DNA of 64,000 nucleotides from Styela clava (Eukaryota): NCBI RefSeq assembly GCF_964204865.1, contig NC_135252.1, positions 6,448,001 to 6,512,000 of the forward strand, read 5' to 3'. Shown piece by piece: positions 41,901 to 53,633 of this stretch (position 1 is its first letter; each line of letters starts with the position of its first letter). The notes under the pieces were generated by a model. It saw only the letters and a program-made list of their open reading frames with translations, ran no database searches and was not told where the DNA came from. The position numbers and the translations under genes were made by a program.

Positions 41901-42217
41901 AGTTGACGTTCAGTTTAAATTTTGATGGATTGAGTACAACGTTTTAAATCCTATACGATATAAAAATAACACAGTAGGAAAGAATTACAAGAGCTCACTA
42001 TTGTTCTTAAAATGCCAAGTTGACGGTTGATAGTTCATATTTTAATTTAATAAATATGGTTCAAATTATTCCATCAATTGCTTTAATTATTCAACACATT
42101 ATTTTTCGTTATGAACTTACAGGGTGCCGATGCTGCAGTAGCGTTGCCAGAAGTCTGTGCGCTGGTATGCCGCAAGAGAAAGAGAAAAGCTAAGGATAAC
42201 CAAATATAGTTTGCCAT
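38993..42217 (-). CDS. Secreted three-finger (Ly6/uPAR) protein D, 152 aa
   Basis: Exons 42217-42121, 41815-41691, 40644-40507, 39091-38993 (phases 1, 0, 0). MANYIWLSLAFLFLLRHTSA...SKTCLTGENDNFKEVRCPSQKGNCLTK...RECKEEEPCKNLQSQNRIQCRGPQAKRNQVQICHYCCNTSNCNDNVALEKILQEKLGKKEK*. Confidence 0.9.
40132..40349. mobile_element. Palindromic MITE (YY1-motif/TTAGGG family)
   Basis: TIRs ggggtgctcctgaagtatgcg ... cgcatacttcaggagtatcc; internal ggttagggtt, cctaaccctaacc and cgccatcttgg. Related copies at 10224-10267 (fragment), 44929-45177, 52282-52393 and 63837-63940. Confidence 0.8.
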
Positions 42218-44151
42218 CACGATGATCAAAATTATTAAACTGAAAAAATAGTAAACTGTGACATTTTATTCTATAGATATACAGTGCATTTGACTTTCGT
42301 TTGGCTACAATTTAATTCCGCTTCTGCCACACTCTTATTTCCTAGTAAATCGGTGTGAAAGATTAATTTGGTGAAAACTAGCAAGCATAACATAAACTAC
42401 AACTCAACATAACTAATAGATGCTCATGCACTTAGCGAATGGCATTCAAGGCCATAGCCTCGGTCTGGATTACTGGTTAGTTCAGGATCTCTCGCTTAAC
42501 CACATTTTCAATCATGTTAATATGATTGTATATGTTTAGCAGTAAATATTACTTTTTCCAATGCAGATAAACTATACAGTCTAACTGAATGTCTAATGAA
42601 AGTCTAGGGAATCATTACGTAAAACGTATGGCACTTCACAACAATTAAAAGTAAAAGTATAGTCATCTTTTGACAACTTGGAATCCAGGTCTCAAATTTG
42701 CACAAGTCAGATCTACCATCATTTACTGCACAACGATTATATTAAATTAAACTTGAACCTTGTGGAACCATGTGAACCTTATTGAAAGAGCTGACTTGTG
42801 AGATCTGGAAATTCTTGACCCTTTAAGTACCCTTCACGTAAAAGCAAAAATATGAACAATAAAGGTCTGCCATTCTTGAATAGATAATATTTACATTCTC
42901 TTCGTGAAATGAAAATAGCTTGACATTTTGAAATAATTAACTTTTGCGTTAGGGAAGAATTATCTACTGCAAAACGACCCTGACAAAATTGGAAAATGAC
43001 TCAATCTGTCAGAAATAATATACACGACTATTCAAAGGGTAATTTACTTTATAAAAATGTGATAATTTTACCTGCATTTTGTTATAGAAAACTCGTTTAT
43101 TTTTTAAGTACACACAATACAATAAGCGTCCCTTTTAGTATAAAACATATTTCCTCAGGCTATATTTATAAACTTATATAATCTTAAGGTTATCTTATCT
43201 TATAATATCGATGTCAATATTGAAATGCTGCTAAACTAACTTATCCTTTATTGCAGCCTTAACAACGACCTCATTTCCAATTTACTTCAAAGCCTCTCAT
43301 TCTGACCGTTCTCGGCTGCATTGTTTGTAATAAAAATCTTATCTGATCTGATATCATTTTGCCGAAGGTGTTTAAATTATAGTTCAAATGATGGCACGTC
43401 ACTTGTCGTTGACATTTGTTTAACCGGTTTTGAAACAAACGAAGCGCATGAGTCATTTTCGTTAGCATAATTTGTTACCAGTTTATTTCACCTTCTAGTA
43501 ACTAGTTTAATACCTAATATTTTCTATATATTCTAGTTTAATACCTAATATTTTCTTATATATTCTATCTTCCTATATAATGTATATCATCTGCTAGTAT
43601 TTCGGACTTGAGACTTACTTGTACTTGTAATAACCTCATCTGTTTGGGGGATATGTTTTTTAACTTCATTTTGTATTTACTTTGTCCCACATTGCTTTAA
43701 AAATAAAAGAAACAAATGTATATATGAATGTTTTCTCAAAGTCGGTCACAAAACTGACTGCGAGTTGAATAAATCAGCCCATGAGAAACACCGACAACTA
43801 CCAATGTCATGAAATCAACTGGGATGCTGAGAGATATTCAATCAACGTTTTCAGTTATTGCAAAATTCGAGTTTTATTCAGTGTGCAAAATTGCTAAAAA
43901 GTAAAGCAAAATTTCATAATAAAACATTACGACAAGTTTTGCTGATAAGAACTCGAATCGGCCTTGATTACTTGTTGATTACTAAAGAATGATAAATGTA
44001 TTTTTAACTTCATCTATGACACCGAGATAAAGAATGCTTATAATATCAACTGATTCTACTGAAGGTAATTTGATATTAGCTCCACATTAGATTACAAGGG
44101 AACTACTTCAATTGAAGCAACACATGTTGATAATCGTCCATCTGCTCCATC

Positions 44152-44451
44152 CTGTGTTTCTCAACCTGGGTTCGATCGACTAATAAAATGCAACTCAAGT
44201 TTACGGACAAGTCGGAGATGAGAAGTGAGAGTGCTTATATGTTATATCCATATAAAATTTTACTAAGTGATAAATTTGTGAAAATAAAATATTTCATTGC
44301 AGAGTTTTGCTAAAATGATCAACATTCGTTCTGGACAATTCTCAACATGGCGCTGAGTCATATACGATTCTTCTACCTCTGTATAGGGTTTGACGGGAGC
44401 GCGCAGAAGATCGAAGGGGTTCGGCAGGCTAGCAAAGGTTGAGAACCACTG
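44152..44451. mobile_element. hAT-type MITE
   Basis: Ends ctgtgtttctcaacc ... ggttgagaaccactg; GGGTTCG subterminal motifs; no TSD preserved. Confidence 0.65.
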
Positions 44452-44705
44452 TATTTTTGAAACCTTGAATTGAGCCCGAGCCAGCTGGCAAAATCAACAA
44501 CGACGTGCTACAGAGCCACATCATGGAAATCTTCCACTTCAAAACATAACAAAATAGGTATGCAAACATATTTATTAAATAAACAAATGTTATGCCAGTT
44601 TATATCAAAAATAGAATAAAAATCACTATTTATTCGACTAAATGAATGTTCAAAAAGTCCCTTATATCGGTAAGCAGATAACTTGCAGCCATTATAATTT
44701 AAAAT

Positions 44706-46511
44706 CTATTCAAGAAATGTGGCAACAGTGGATGGTTCTCTGTATTGTCCGGCGATAAGCAGCAAGGTATCCAGATCGTATTCGTTGTTACAGAGATCAC
44801 TTTCACAGCAAAAGTGGCAGACGCGAACCTACAAAAATGAAAATTTAATATTATATTTGTGCAAAAATAATAAAGATAGGTTTTAAAATTTATATATATA
44901 TTTTCGCACATTTTAGGGTAGATTTTTAGGTAGTATGTGAACCAAGATGGCGGACACCGGAACGTAGTATATGTACCAAGATGGCGGACACCGGAACGTA
45001 GTATGTGTACCAGGTTAGTAGGGCAGTACAAATACTACGGGAGTCACTTGACTAGTCTCTGAAATCGTAGTAGAACTAAAATATGGAAAATTGGATAAAA
45101 TTATGGCCTAACCCTAACCTGTTACGCACACTATGTTCCGGTATCCGCCATCTTGGTTCATATACTACAGGAGTACCGATTTTTATATAGGCATACGCTA
45201 AATCGAAATGCGCTATCAAAGTTAAAATTCCATTTATCTTTCTCTTAGTTGAGCGGGGTGGGTTTGTATCGGCAAAGACCTGATGCATGCTAAGAATCGA
45301 ATCCTCGTTCTATAATCTTTATCAAGAAACATGTTAGAGTGCTGGTCTGATTTGGCATTTCCGATCATTTTGTGAATAAACTATTTTAATATTAACAAGA
45401 ACACTTCTTGAATAAACTTTGCGTGGATAGATCTTAGCTTGTGTTACGTTATTGCTTTACAATGTATCACATTACACATCATATGTGATCATTCTGTCTC
45501 GCTTATTTATATCGAGATAATTAGTTTTATTCAACAATACATTACTCACATTGTTTCTGAAGGCTTCATCACCAATGCAGTTCTGTATGTTGATATCTTG
45601 GTTATTCATGCAAGCTTTATCTTGTTTGCAGGAATTGGTGATTTGAATGTTGCCATTCTCTATTCTGATAGCGGTTTGACACATTTGCTGTAAAAATTAG
45701 CATGAAATTGATAAAGTGAAATCTAATTGGAGTTTTTATCATTTTAAATAATATGAAGACATTTCCAACTGTATATTTACAGAACGCATGTATAAGACAT
45801 CCTTCCAGTTAACTTTGCATGAAAAACAGAGCGGAATTTATCAGTGTTAAGAACCTATATGCTAATTGCGTGTTGCCTAATATATGAGACGGCAAATAAT
45901 ATCGCACACCGACACAATTTCTGAAATTTACAATTGATTTTTTTATCACGATTTAATGATCACCAATTTTATTAGTATTATCTAATTCTAAATCATGATT
46001 ATTAGCGTTATCTTACCTCGCTTTCAGGGCAGATATCCATGGTGTAATTTCCATTTTCTCCAACATAGCAAACCCTGCCGTTTACATCGGTATCAAACAA
46101 GACATCTGAAAAAGTGAAAAAAACACAATGTATTATACTTAAGAATAAAACAATTATAAAACACAATACAAAACTTTCTCTCAATTGAATTAAAATTATT
46201 TGAATATTATATTTTATGTAAAATTATATAAGAATATTAAATTTTATATAAGTTATTCTATCTCATTTCAGTTCATCCCGAACCGATTCATCAGATATAG
46301 GTTACATAGTTATTTTTCCATTCTAAAAACTTGTTTTTGTTTTAGAAACCGTATAAAGGCATTTGAAATTGTTAGTTATACAATAATATTGCTTCTAGGC
46401 TAGCAATTCCACTGAACGCAATTTGATAACGACTTTCTCACCGGTTTGTCTTTTCACAATTCTAGCTTGGATGCAGACGACGAAAAGTGCTACGATAATT
46501 GCTGTCTTCAT
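44706..46511 (-). CDS. Secreted three-finger (Ly6/uPAR) protein E, 139 aa
   Basis: Exons 46511-46442, 46105-46017, 45687-45550, 44828-44706 (phases 1, 0, 0). MKTAIIVALFVVCIQARIVKRQTDVLFDTDVNGRVCYVGENGNYTMDICPESEQMCQTAIRIENGNIQITNSCKQDKACMNNQDINIQNCIGDEAFRNNVRVCHFCCESDLCNNEYDLDTLLLIAGQYREPSTVATFLE*. Confidence 0.9.
44929..45177. mobile_element. Palindromic MITE (YY1-motif/TTAGGG family) in intron of three-finger gene E
   Basis: Two tandem ~30-bp units accaagatggcggacaccggaacgtagtat, then cctaaccctaacc and the inverted arm ccgccatcttggttcatatactac. Confidence 0.8.
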
Positions 46512-48131
46512 TTTTCAAATTTGGTAATAATTCTTCGAACAACAGACTAGAATTTATAAGACTGTTAAATGTTGACACAACTTACTGGAGATTATGTTTC
46601 AAATCTCAAATCTAACTGTGACTTATATTGTTTGCCGTAATTTTCCGTCTTATATATTGCATACTCCACGTTACCACGCCCTGCAGGTGTCAATCAACTA
46701 ATAAACGAGGATGCTTTTAAATGTTTATAGATATCCGATTGGTACGTAATAGGTATTCTGGAAGGGCGTTATACATTTTATTAACATTTTGGTTTTTGAA
46801 GTTCTTTGAAAATCTACTTTAATGGTTGGAGTGATTTCATGCATCGCATGCTTTTATCGCCAATCAAAAGACAGGACAATAATTTCGCGGTTACGCTATT
46901 AAACAAACATAATAAAAACGATACAACTTCCCGCTACACGATAATTACTGACATCAATATTAATTGCGTTCCAACTAAATACACTGCGAACAATAATCAT
47001 TGCTCATACCTGAAATATACTGTCAAACTACGATCGTCAAAGTATGTTAGATCACGTATGGTTACAATCAAAATAATACCTGGGCTGTTCTCGTTTTATT
47101 CGATTAAAGAGCATGCCGTGGCCAGAGCATATGTGTTTCAAACGATATTTCTGTCAAGCGTAGGTTCATGAAAGACAGCCCAGTCTTACATTGTATGTAA
47201 GTATATTTTTCTTGGTTGCTTGCACCAATTGATTCCACGAGTAAAAAAACTGTAAGCTGTAATGAACTATAGGAGTGGGAGTGGCTAAATTTTCTCGCTT
47301 GATACAGCTTACCCCTTTAAAACATCTTGTTTGAAATAAGTAACTGTTGAATGATAATAAAAACAATGTCGTCATATAGTCTTGAAATCCTGTCATGATC
47401 AATTCACATAATGCAATGCCATTCGTACACGTATGTGTATAAATGGGCGGACAAGATGATGGAGATGAATGGTTGGGCGTTGGCACCTAAATTGTGGATT
47501 ACTTCTGCAAGAAATTTATTCGGCATCGTGGGTAGAGATAGAGAGTAAAATCCGGACAAACGTTTGACAAATGAATTTTTATTCTAAATGACAAATAGAA
47601 GTTGCAATTACAAGACATTATTTATGTCCTTTCCAACCGTGAAAATACTTTCGAATCTTTGAATATATCAGCCACACAATTACCAAAGCTTATCCGTCGT
47701 TCGATTATTCGCGCGTTAACACGTATTCACAATATTTGAACACCCTCAGAGCTTTGATAATAATTAACTCTAAGATGCAAGTCAACAGATTTTTGTGCAA
47801 CATGCAATCTGATCTAGGGATAGCTAATACACATCCATTGATTGGTTTACGCTTAGGGCAGGTTTGACTGGGGACAATTCAAATAATTCTTGCAGACATA
47901 GATACTTTATATTTTTCATGAAGTCAATAGAATAATTAAACCAGATTCGGTCGATGACCAAACACAACCTTTTGAACACTCAATGTAGAACAGAGCAGTA
48001 GTTTATGGCTTTAAATGCCCGCTATTGGATTCTTAATATACCAATACATTTCGCACTAAAATGATAAATATAAGGCATTTTTATCATTGTTTTATGTAGT
48101 CGAAAATAGGATCAAATTGATTGATTAGAAT

Positions 48132-51100
48132 ATGTACTGGGAGAAGAAGATAACTTTTATTTTACTATTGTTTGATTTGACTGCTGCTGAATCATTTCAT
48201 GGCAGTACTGGGAAAAGAGCCGTTCCAGCTCCGATCTTTGTTGTCAATTTGGATTTACCCCCAGAGCATAAGTAACTTTTATATTTTATTCTAATATCCG
48301 AGTTAAAGCAGCTGTGAACTATTTTCATAATACAATCTGGTGCTGTATTTTAGGTATTCAATACTTCGCGCATAAGAACAAAACTTGAAAAGCTTTCAAT
48401 GCAAACTTTTTTATTGCAGATGGGATGATGTTTTGAAACATTTTGACAGAAGAGCTCTCATTGACTCCTATAATATTATATTCAAGTGAGTTGAATGTTG
48501 AGCTTCATTGTCAGACTCTAGTAATCAGATTATCAGACAGTTATAGTAAATTAGTATGATAGTTAATTGTGATGTAGCACAATGCCTCAGCTTGCTCACC
48601 CAGTTCAAATACGACTATCATTAGATTAGCCATATATCGACAATAGTTGAACGCATAATTACCTCCAATATGACCTGATTTCAATACACAATAATTTATA
48701 TATATATATCATTACTATTCATGATGGAAATCATGCTGTGATATTTTTTGCCAAATTCTTGCTAGATGGAATCTTGTATTATCTCACGTATTTAAAAATG
48801 CATAGTCATTCCTTGAAAGTTTTTTCAGTATGACAGTTGTGAAACATGCTTGTTCCTTCAACAGTTCGTATATTTTAGATTATTCGAAGACACCGAAATT
48901 TGGAAAATTGTTGAAAAATTGTCTGATAATATATACGAGCATATTCCAAAAACTTACGCCGAGGAAATTACAGGAATCAGTAAATTTCTCGGAGTTGATG
49001 CCAAAATGATTCTTCTTTTAAACTTAGTCTACGATGCAGATGCGTTTGGATCTAGTACAGGAAAGTAAGCATTTATTTCGCGTTGAAATATTCGATTAAA
49101 ATAATTATAAATTGTAATGCTTTTTTGATCAAGTAACATTGATGACTTCCTGTAGAATTCACATCACCAGGGTTCACAGAAGTAATCATAGAGATTCTGG
49201 GCAAGCTTACCAGTTAGGCATGTATCCTACATTATTTGATGTTCCTTGTGTGCTGGGTTTCCAGTTTAGTCTGGCGCCCTCTACTTGTGGGTAGATTTTG
49301 AAAAGCAGAAATTTGTAATTTAAAGTCAGTTGGAAGTTGAAAGATTTTTGTAGATCAACTCCATAGTCGAATATCGGAATGGCCCCTAATCATAGGTTTG
49401 GTAGGATTCTCGAGTACACATAAACCAATTTCTAATTAAAAGTGTATGTTATTATGTTCTCAGCGAATTAGCCATACTGAATTTGAATAAGCTCTTTGCT
49501 TCAAACTTTCAAGTGTCAAGGATATTGTCTGCTATTGTATCCACACTCCTCCCGAACAGAAAGGATCTTTCAAATATCCATTTTGTTTACATTTTGGGAG
49601 GTATAGTCTTGTTAGAAATTAACACCAAACCAGGCAAATCCATTAATTTATCAGTAACAACCAGTGTTTAAAATTATTGTTACAGAGCATGTACTAGTAT
49701 TGTTGCAATGAATACAAAAGGTGAAATCTTCCACGGACGAAATCTTGATTTTTATCCCTTTGTTCGTAACATGACTATAGACGTAGAATTCCAACACAAC
49801 GGTAAGGTATGATATGTGTTGATTTCAGACTTATATATTTTTACTTTGATCTATGTCTCGATACACCTATCTATATATATGGTGACTAATTATATCGCAT
49901 ATCTTCCAATGAGGGGACTATCACCCAGACAGGGTGTAACAGCGCTACCACAAGGCTATAATTAGAAAACAGGAATATTGGAATTCATCAAACTTTTATG
50001 TATTTTAAAAACGTATTTAAATATTCCGATATCTATAAAGAAACATAAATGTATCACTTTGTAATCAAATTAAAAATAAGAAGAAGCTTTCTCCGATCAA
50101 TTTTTCTGATAGATGTGCGTCACCCCATCTGATCATTGTGAGATGATACCTTTTTACCGGGCATCGTGTCAAACTAACTCAACTCCAATGTATTTTTGTA
50201 GTTTATAACGTTTAAACGATCTATACGCCAGGCGTGTCCATGGGACATATTTTACTGTCCCATTGCCATCCCATAGCAATTATGCCTGTCCCATCCCTTC
50301 CCGTCCTATGGGATTCACATTAAAATAAAATTCATTAAAAATTGTTAAATTTAGGTTAAGCGTTTACTAAATATGACTACATGTATAAAGAGACATGCAA
50401 AACAACAAAATTTTCGGACTTCGTTAACTTTATATTCATAACTATTACACATGTGTTCATCAGCCTCTCCACGAAGTATATTGTTATTGCTGAATATGTT
50501 TTGCTCTTTATAACTAACAAGAGAACTATGCTCAAATATATGGGCACGAAATCCATAACGGAATGTTTTACCATCATATCCCCAAAAATCATACGGTTTT
50601 CGTGTTCCATGAGAAATACAAATGTATGCTGTCCCATCCCATCCTATGGGACCTTTCCCATGGGAATCCCATTTTCATGGACAAGCCTGTCTATACCGCA
50701 TTCTTGCAGTCAAAATTAGATAGTAAATTCCTATTTCACAAATTACGCCTTTGATGATTAATACTTGATACCCATATGAAACTATATTGAACCAAACGTA
50801 TTTCTTGAAGACAATATCAAATGTTTTTAAATTAATGTTTTACAATTTCAGACACTTTACGAGGTGACAACTGTGGTGGGATACGTTGGTGTCTTGACAG
50901 CAACAAAATTTGGAAAATTTTCATTATCTGCCGATGAAAGAGATTATGGTGGATGGCAGAAGAACGTCCAATTTGCTTCCAATGGATCTATGCCGACCTT
51001 GCTCCTTGCCCGACAGGTACATTATAAGTGCTTATTATTGCAGAGACTTATCTCTGGATAAGAAAAAACAGCACCAATAAAAAAATTCCACGACTTCCTT

Positions 51101-53190
51101 AATAATTATAATCATCATTATATATATATAAATGTGTTTTGTTTCTGTACTTCTTCCTACAGATTAGAACACATGTCTTTTTACTTTCAAGATTTTAGAA
51201 AAGGCAAACGATTATGAAAATGCAATTTCATTACTGATGACAGCTGCAACAATAGCTCCTATTTATTTCATAGTTGGTGGCGTTGAGGCAGGTAATGGTG
51301 CTATTGTAACGAGAGATAGATGGGGAGGGATAAATGTGACCAGAATGAGAGACAAGACTCATAACAGGTAACGTTGTTCCCATACTATTCCTCAATGCCA
51401 CTGCGTCAAACACTATAGTGTAATGTGCTATTGTTGAGTTAGTATTTTAACTCTACTTCAAATGTTATTAGTGAAATTGAAATTAGCCAATATAATACTT
51501 AATTCTAATCTTTTTATGTCAGGATTTACATAGTCGACATTCTTAAATGTTGGGTGAGCTATATATCTGGTAACTCAGACTCCTAACGAACTAACTTTAA
51601 TTAATTTTCTATCCATTCAAATCTAAGAACCACCCCAACAGGGAATAGGGAAAAGGTTTAGCAGACAATGGTTCACTATAATTTAAAATTTAGTGCAAAA
51701 TTCAGAAGGCTTTATTTTTCAATTATTCGTCAGCATTTCTTAATTAATTCGCTGGCACTTATTCAGGTGGTTTATAGTTGAAACTAATTACGATCCATGG
51801 AATAGTCCACCTGCTAAAGATGACAGAAGAGATGCGGTTATTGAATATATGAATGAGAATGGACAAGAGAATATTAATGCAGACACACTTTATAAAGTGA
51901 GATGTTTATACGAACTAGAATGTACCGGAACATTATAATAACCAAGACTGGGGAGTCGGAGCCGGGAGTCATGAAGCTTTGACATTTTCGTGGGGCCTGA
52001 GCCACGCTTACCGTGTTAGGTTGAGCCGGAGCTACCAGAAATTATAGTTGCTCCAACTCCTAATCATCTATTTTTTTTAACATTTATAATTTTTTAATAC
52101 TTCATACAAGTAATAAAATTTATCCTTCTCAGCTCATTTTTATAAATTTCAATATATAATATTAATTCAAAAATTTCAAGTTGAATATATATATTTAAAC
52201 CCTTCATTTTGTAGTTTGAGTCCAGCTTTGACGAAACTGCATTTAAGCAGATATTTCATGGTGGTGGTCACACTCAAAAACAGACGCCCCAGGAGTACGT
52301 GCACCAAGATGGCGCATAACCTGAACCCTAACCTGATACACATACTATGTTCAGGATGTGCGCCATCTTGGTGCACATACTTCTGGAGCTCCCAAAAATC
52401 TGTTGGATTATACTGTGACTTCAGAGCTGGTCCCAGAGCCACTGTGATTTCGAACCAGGTCCTCAGCCTTGGTAATAACAATACTCCCATTAGAAATATT
52501 TTTATATGGGTGACACCAAACCGCCTTTCCTGTAGGGATAATTAAACGATATACCCACATCAGATCAGCAAAGATTCATGTAGTGACCCTACGTGATGTG
52601 ATATGTGTTTAAGTTCCCAGCATCATTTTCCATGGCAACATGTTTGTTGGACATGGGAAAAAATATTTTAATTGCCATTATAGAGTCGCACATTCAAAAG
52701 TTGCGTTGCGAGCCTACCCTTTTCGACCGGATAGCATGTATTTTTATACCCTTATCAAAGCCTTCATATGAACGTGCTGAATTAATTTGCGTGTAGCGAA
52801 GTACCATACTTCTACCACGCATATTATACGTTAATTGAGCAAAATGTGCCGTCATGAATAACTCTCAAATTCCAGTTCAAATTTTATGAACACGAACGCA
52901 ATATTTAGTTCTCTATACTTTGCATCACTTTGAACAAACTTATTAAATTATTTTCATTGTTATGTCGAGACTAATATTGTTGCTTATATCGTAAGTATAA
53001 TTTAATTTATGATTTTCGAATTCGAAGAATTTTTTTTATCACATGACAGGTTCTATCTACATCTCCAATATTTCACGAAATCACAGTTCATACGACGATC
53101 ATGAGTGCTCAGGACAAGAATCTCTACCGAACTATGATAAGATATGATGCTCCAGAAAAAGACGATTTCGTAGATGATATTTTACTTTAA
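48132..53190 (+). CDS. NAAA: N-acylethanolamine-hydrolyzing acid amidase (Ntn hydrolase, acid ceramidase family)
   Basis: Exons 48132-48271, 48420-48485, 48879-49064, 49686-49806, 50852-51016, 51192-51367, 51767-51896, 53050-53190. Signal peptide, [11 protein letters not shown], catalytic-Cys motif ACTSIVA...[39 protein letters not shown]...DDRR. RNLD, DER and ETNYD favour NAAA over ASAH1. Confidence 0.92.
50229..50689. mobile_element. MITE family CAGGCTTGTCCATGGG (copy 2), in NAAA intron
   Basis: TIRs caggcgtgtccatg ... catggacaagcctg; flanks share tctatac; homologous to 22830-23150 with a longer interior. Confidence 0.85.
51943..52471. mobile_element. hAT-type MITE (GGAGCCG repeats) with nested palindromic MITE at 52282-52393
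   Basis: Ends caagactgggga ... tcctcagccttg; near-identical 8-bp TSD ataataac/gtaataac; gagccgga repeats. Nested hairpin gcaccaagatggcgca...tgcgccatcttggtgc. Confidence 0.7.
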
Positions 53191-53431
53191 TTTCATGTAA
53201 AAACGTACAAAATTTTATTCTTTCATATAACAAATCTAACTAATAATATTACTTCTTATATATTTATCACAAATATACACGAAGTTGAAAAAAGAAAAAT
53301 CGATAAATCAATACAAACTTATCGTATCAGCTGAAGCTGAAGATACAGTCACGTTAATTTGTATCAACGCAAATCACAAACGATCCTTCTAACTAAATGC
53401 TGGGAATTCATGGTTAAGCACTTGGGACCAT

Positions 53432-53633
53432 TTAAGTCACAACTTTAGGTGTATTTTTCCGACATCGGTACCGTACCCACATGTACTTTTCAGTCCCAAC
53501 GCATGGATCACCAAACTTTTGGTTTGTTACTTTAAACGAGCATGTTATTTTGTCGTCACAGAACTCTTCTAATTCGTCCTCACAATCACATACACACGAG
53601 GTCACTTGTAGACGGGTAGATTTAGGAGGGCAT
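53432..53633 (-). CDS. Terminal exon of a SUEL/rhamnose-binding (galactose-binding) lectin domain protein
   Basis: ttttag|a CPPKSTRLQVTSCVCDCEDELEEFCDDKITCSFKVTNQKFGDPCVGTEKYMWVRYRCRKNTPKVVT*. The C..K..C...V.N..FGDPC.GT.KY..V.Y.C pattern is the SUEL signature. Upstream exons not securely found. Confidence 0.8.

Noticed and set aside
44706-44780. Possible GPI signal in three-finger protein E (TLLLIAG...VATFLE)
   Set aside because: Hydrophobic run is short, interrupted by QYREPS and ends in Glu; unlike a GPI signal, though not formally predicted.
44933-45010. Short direct repeats resembling a CRISPR array
   Set aside because: Only two adjacent units with no spacers, inside a eukaryotic MITE; no cas genes.
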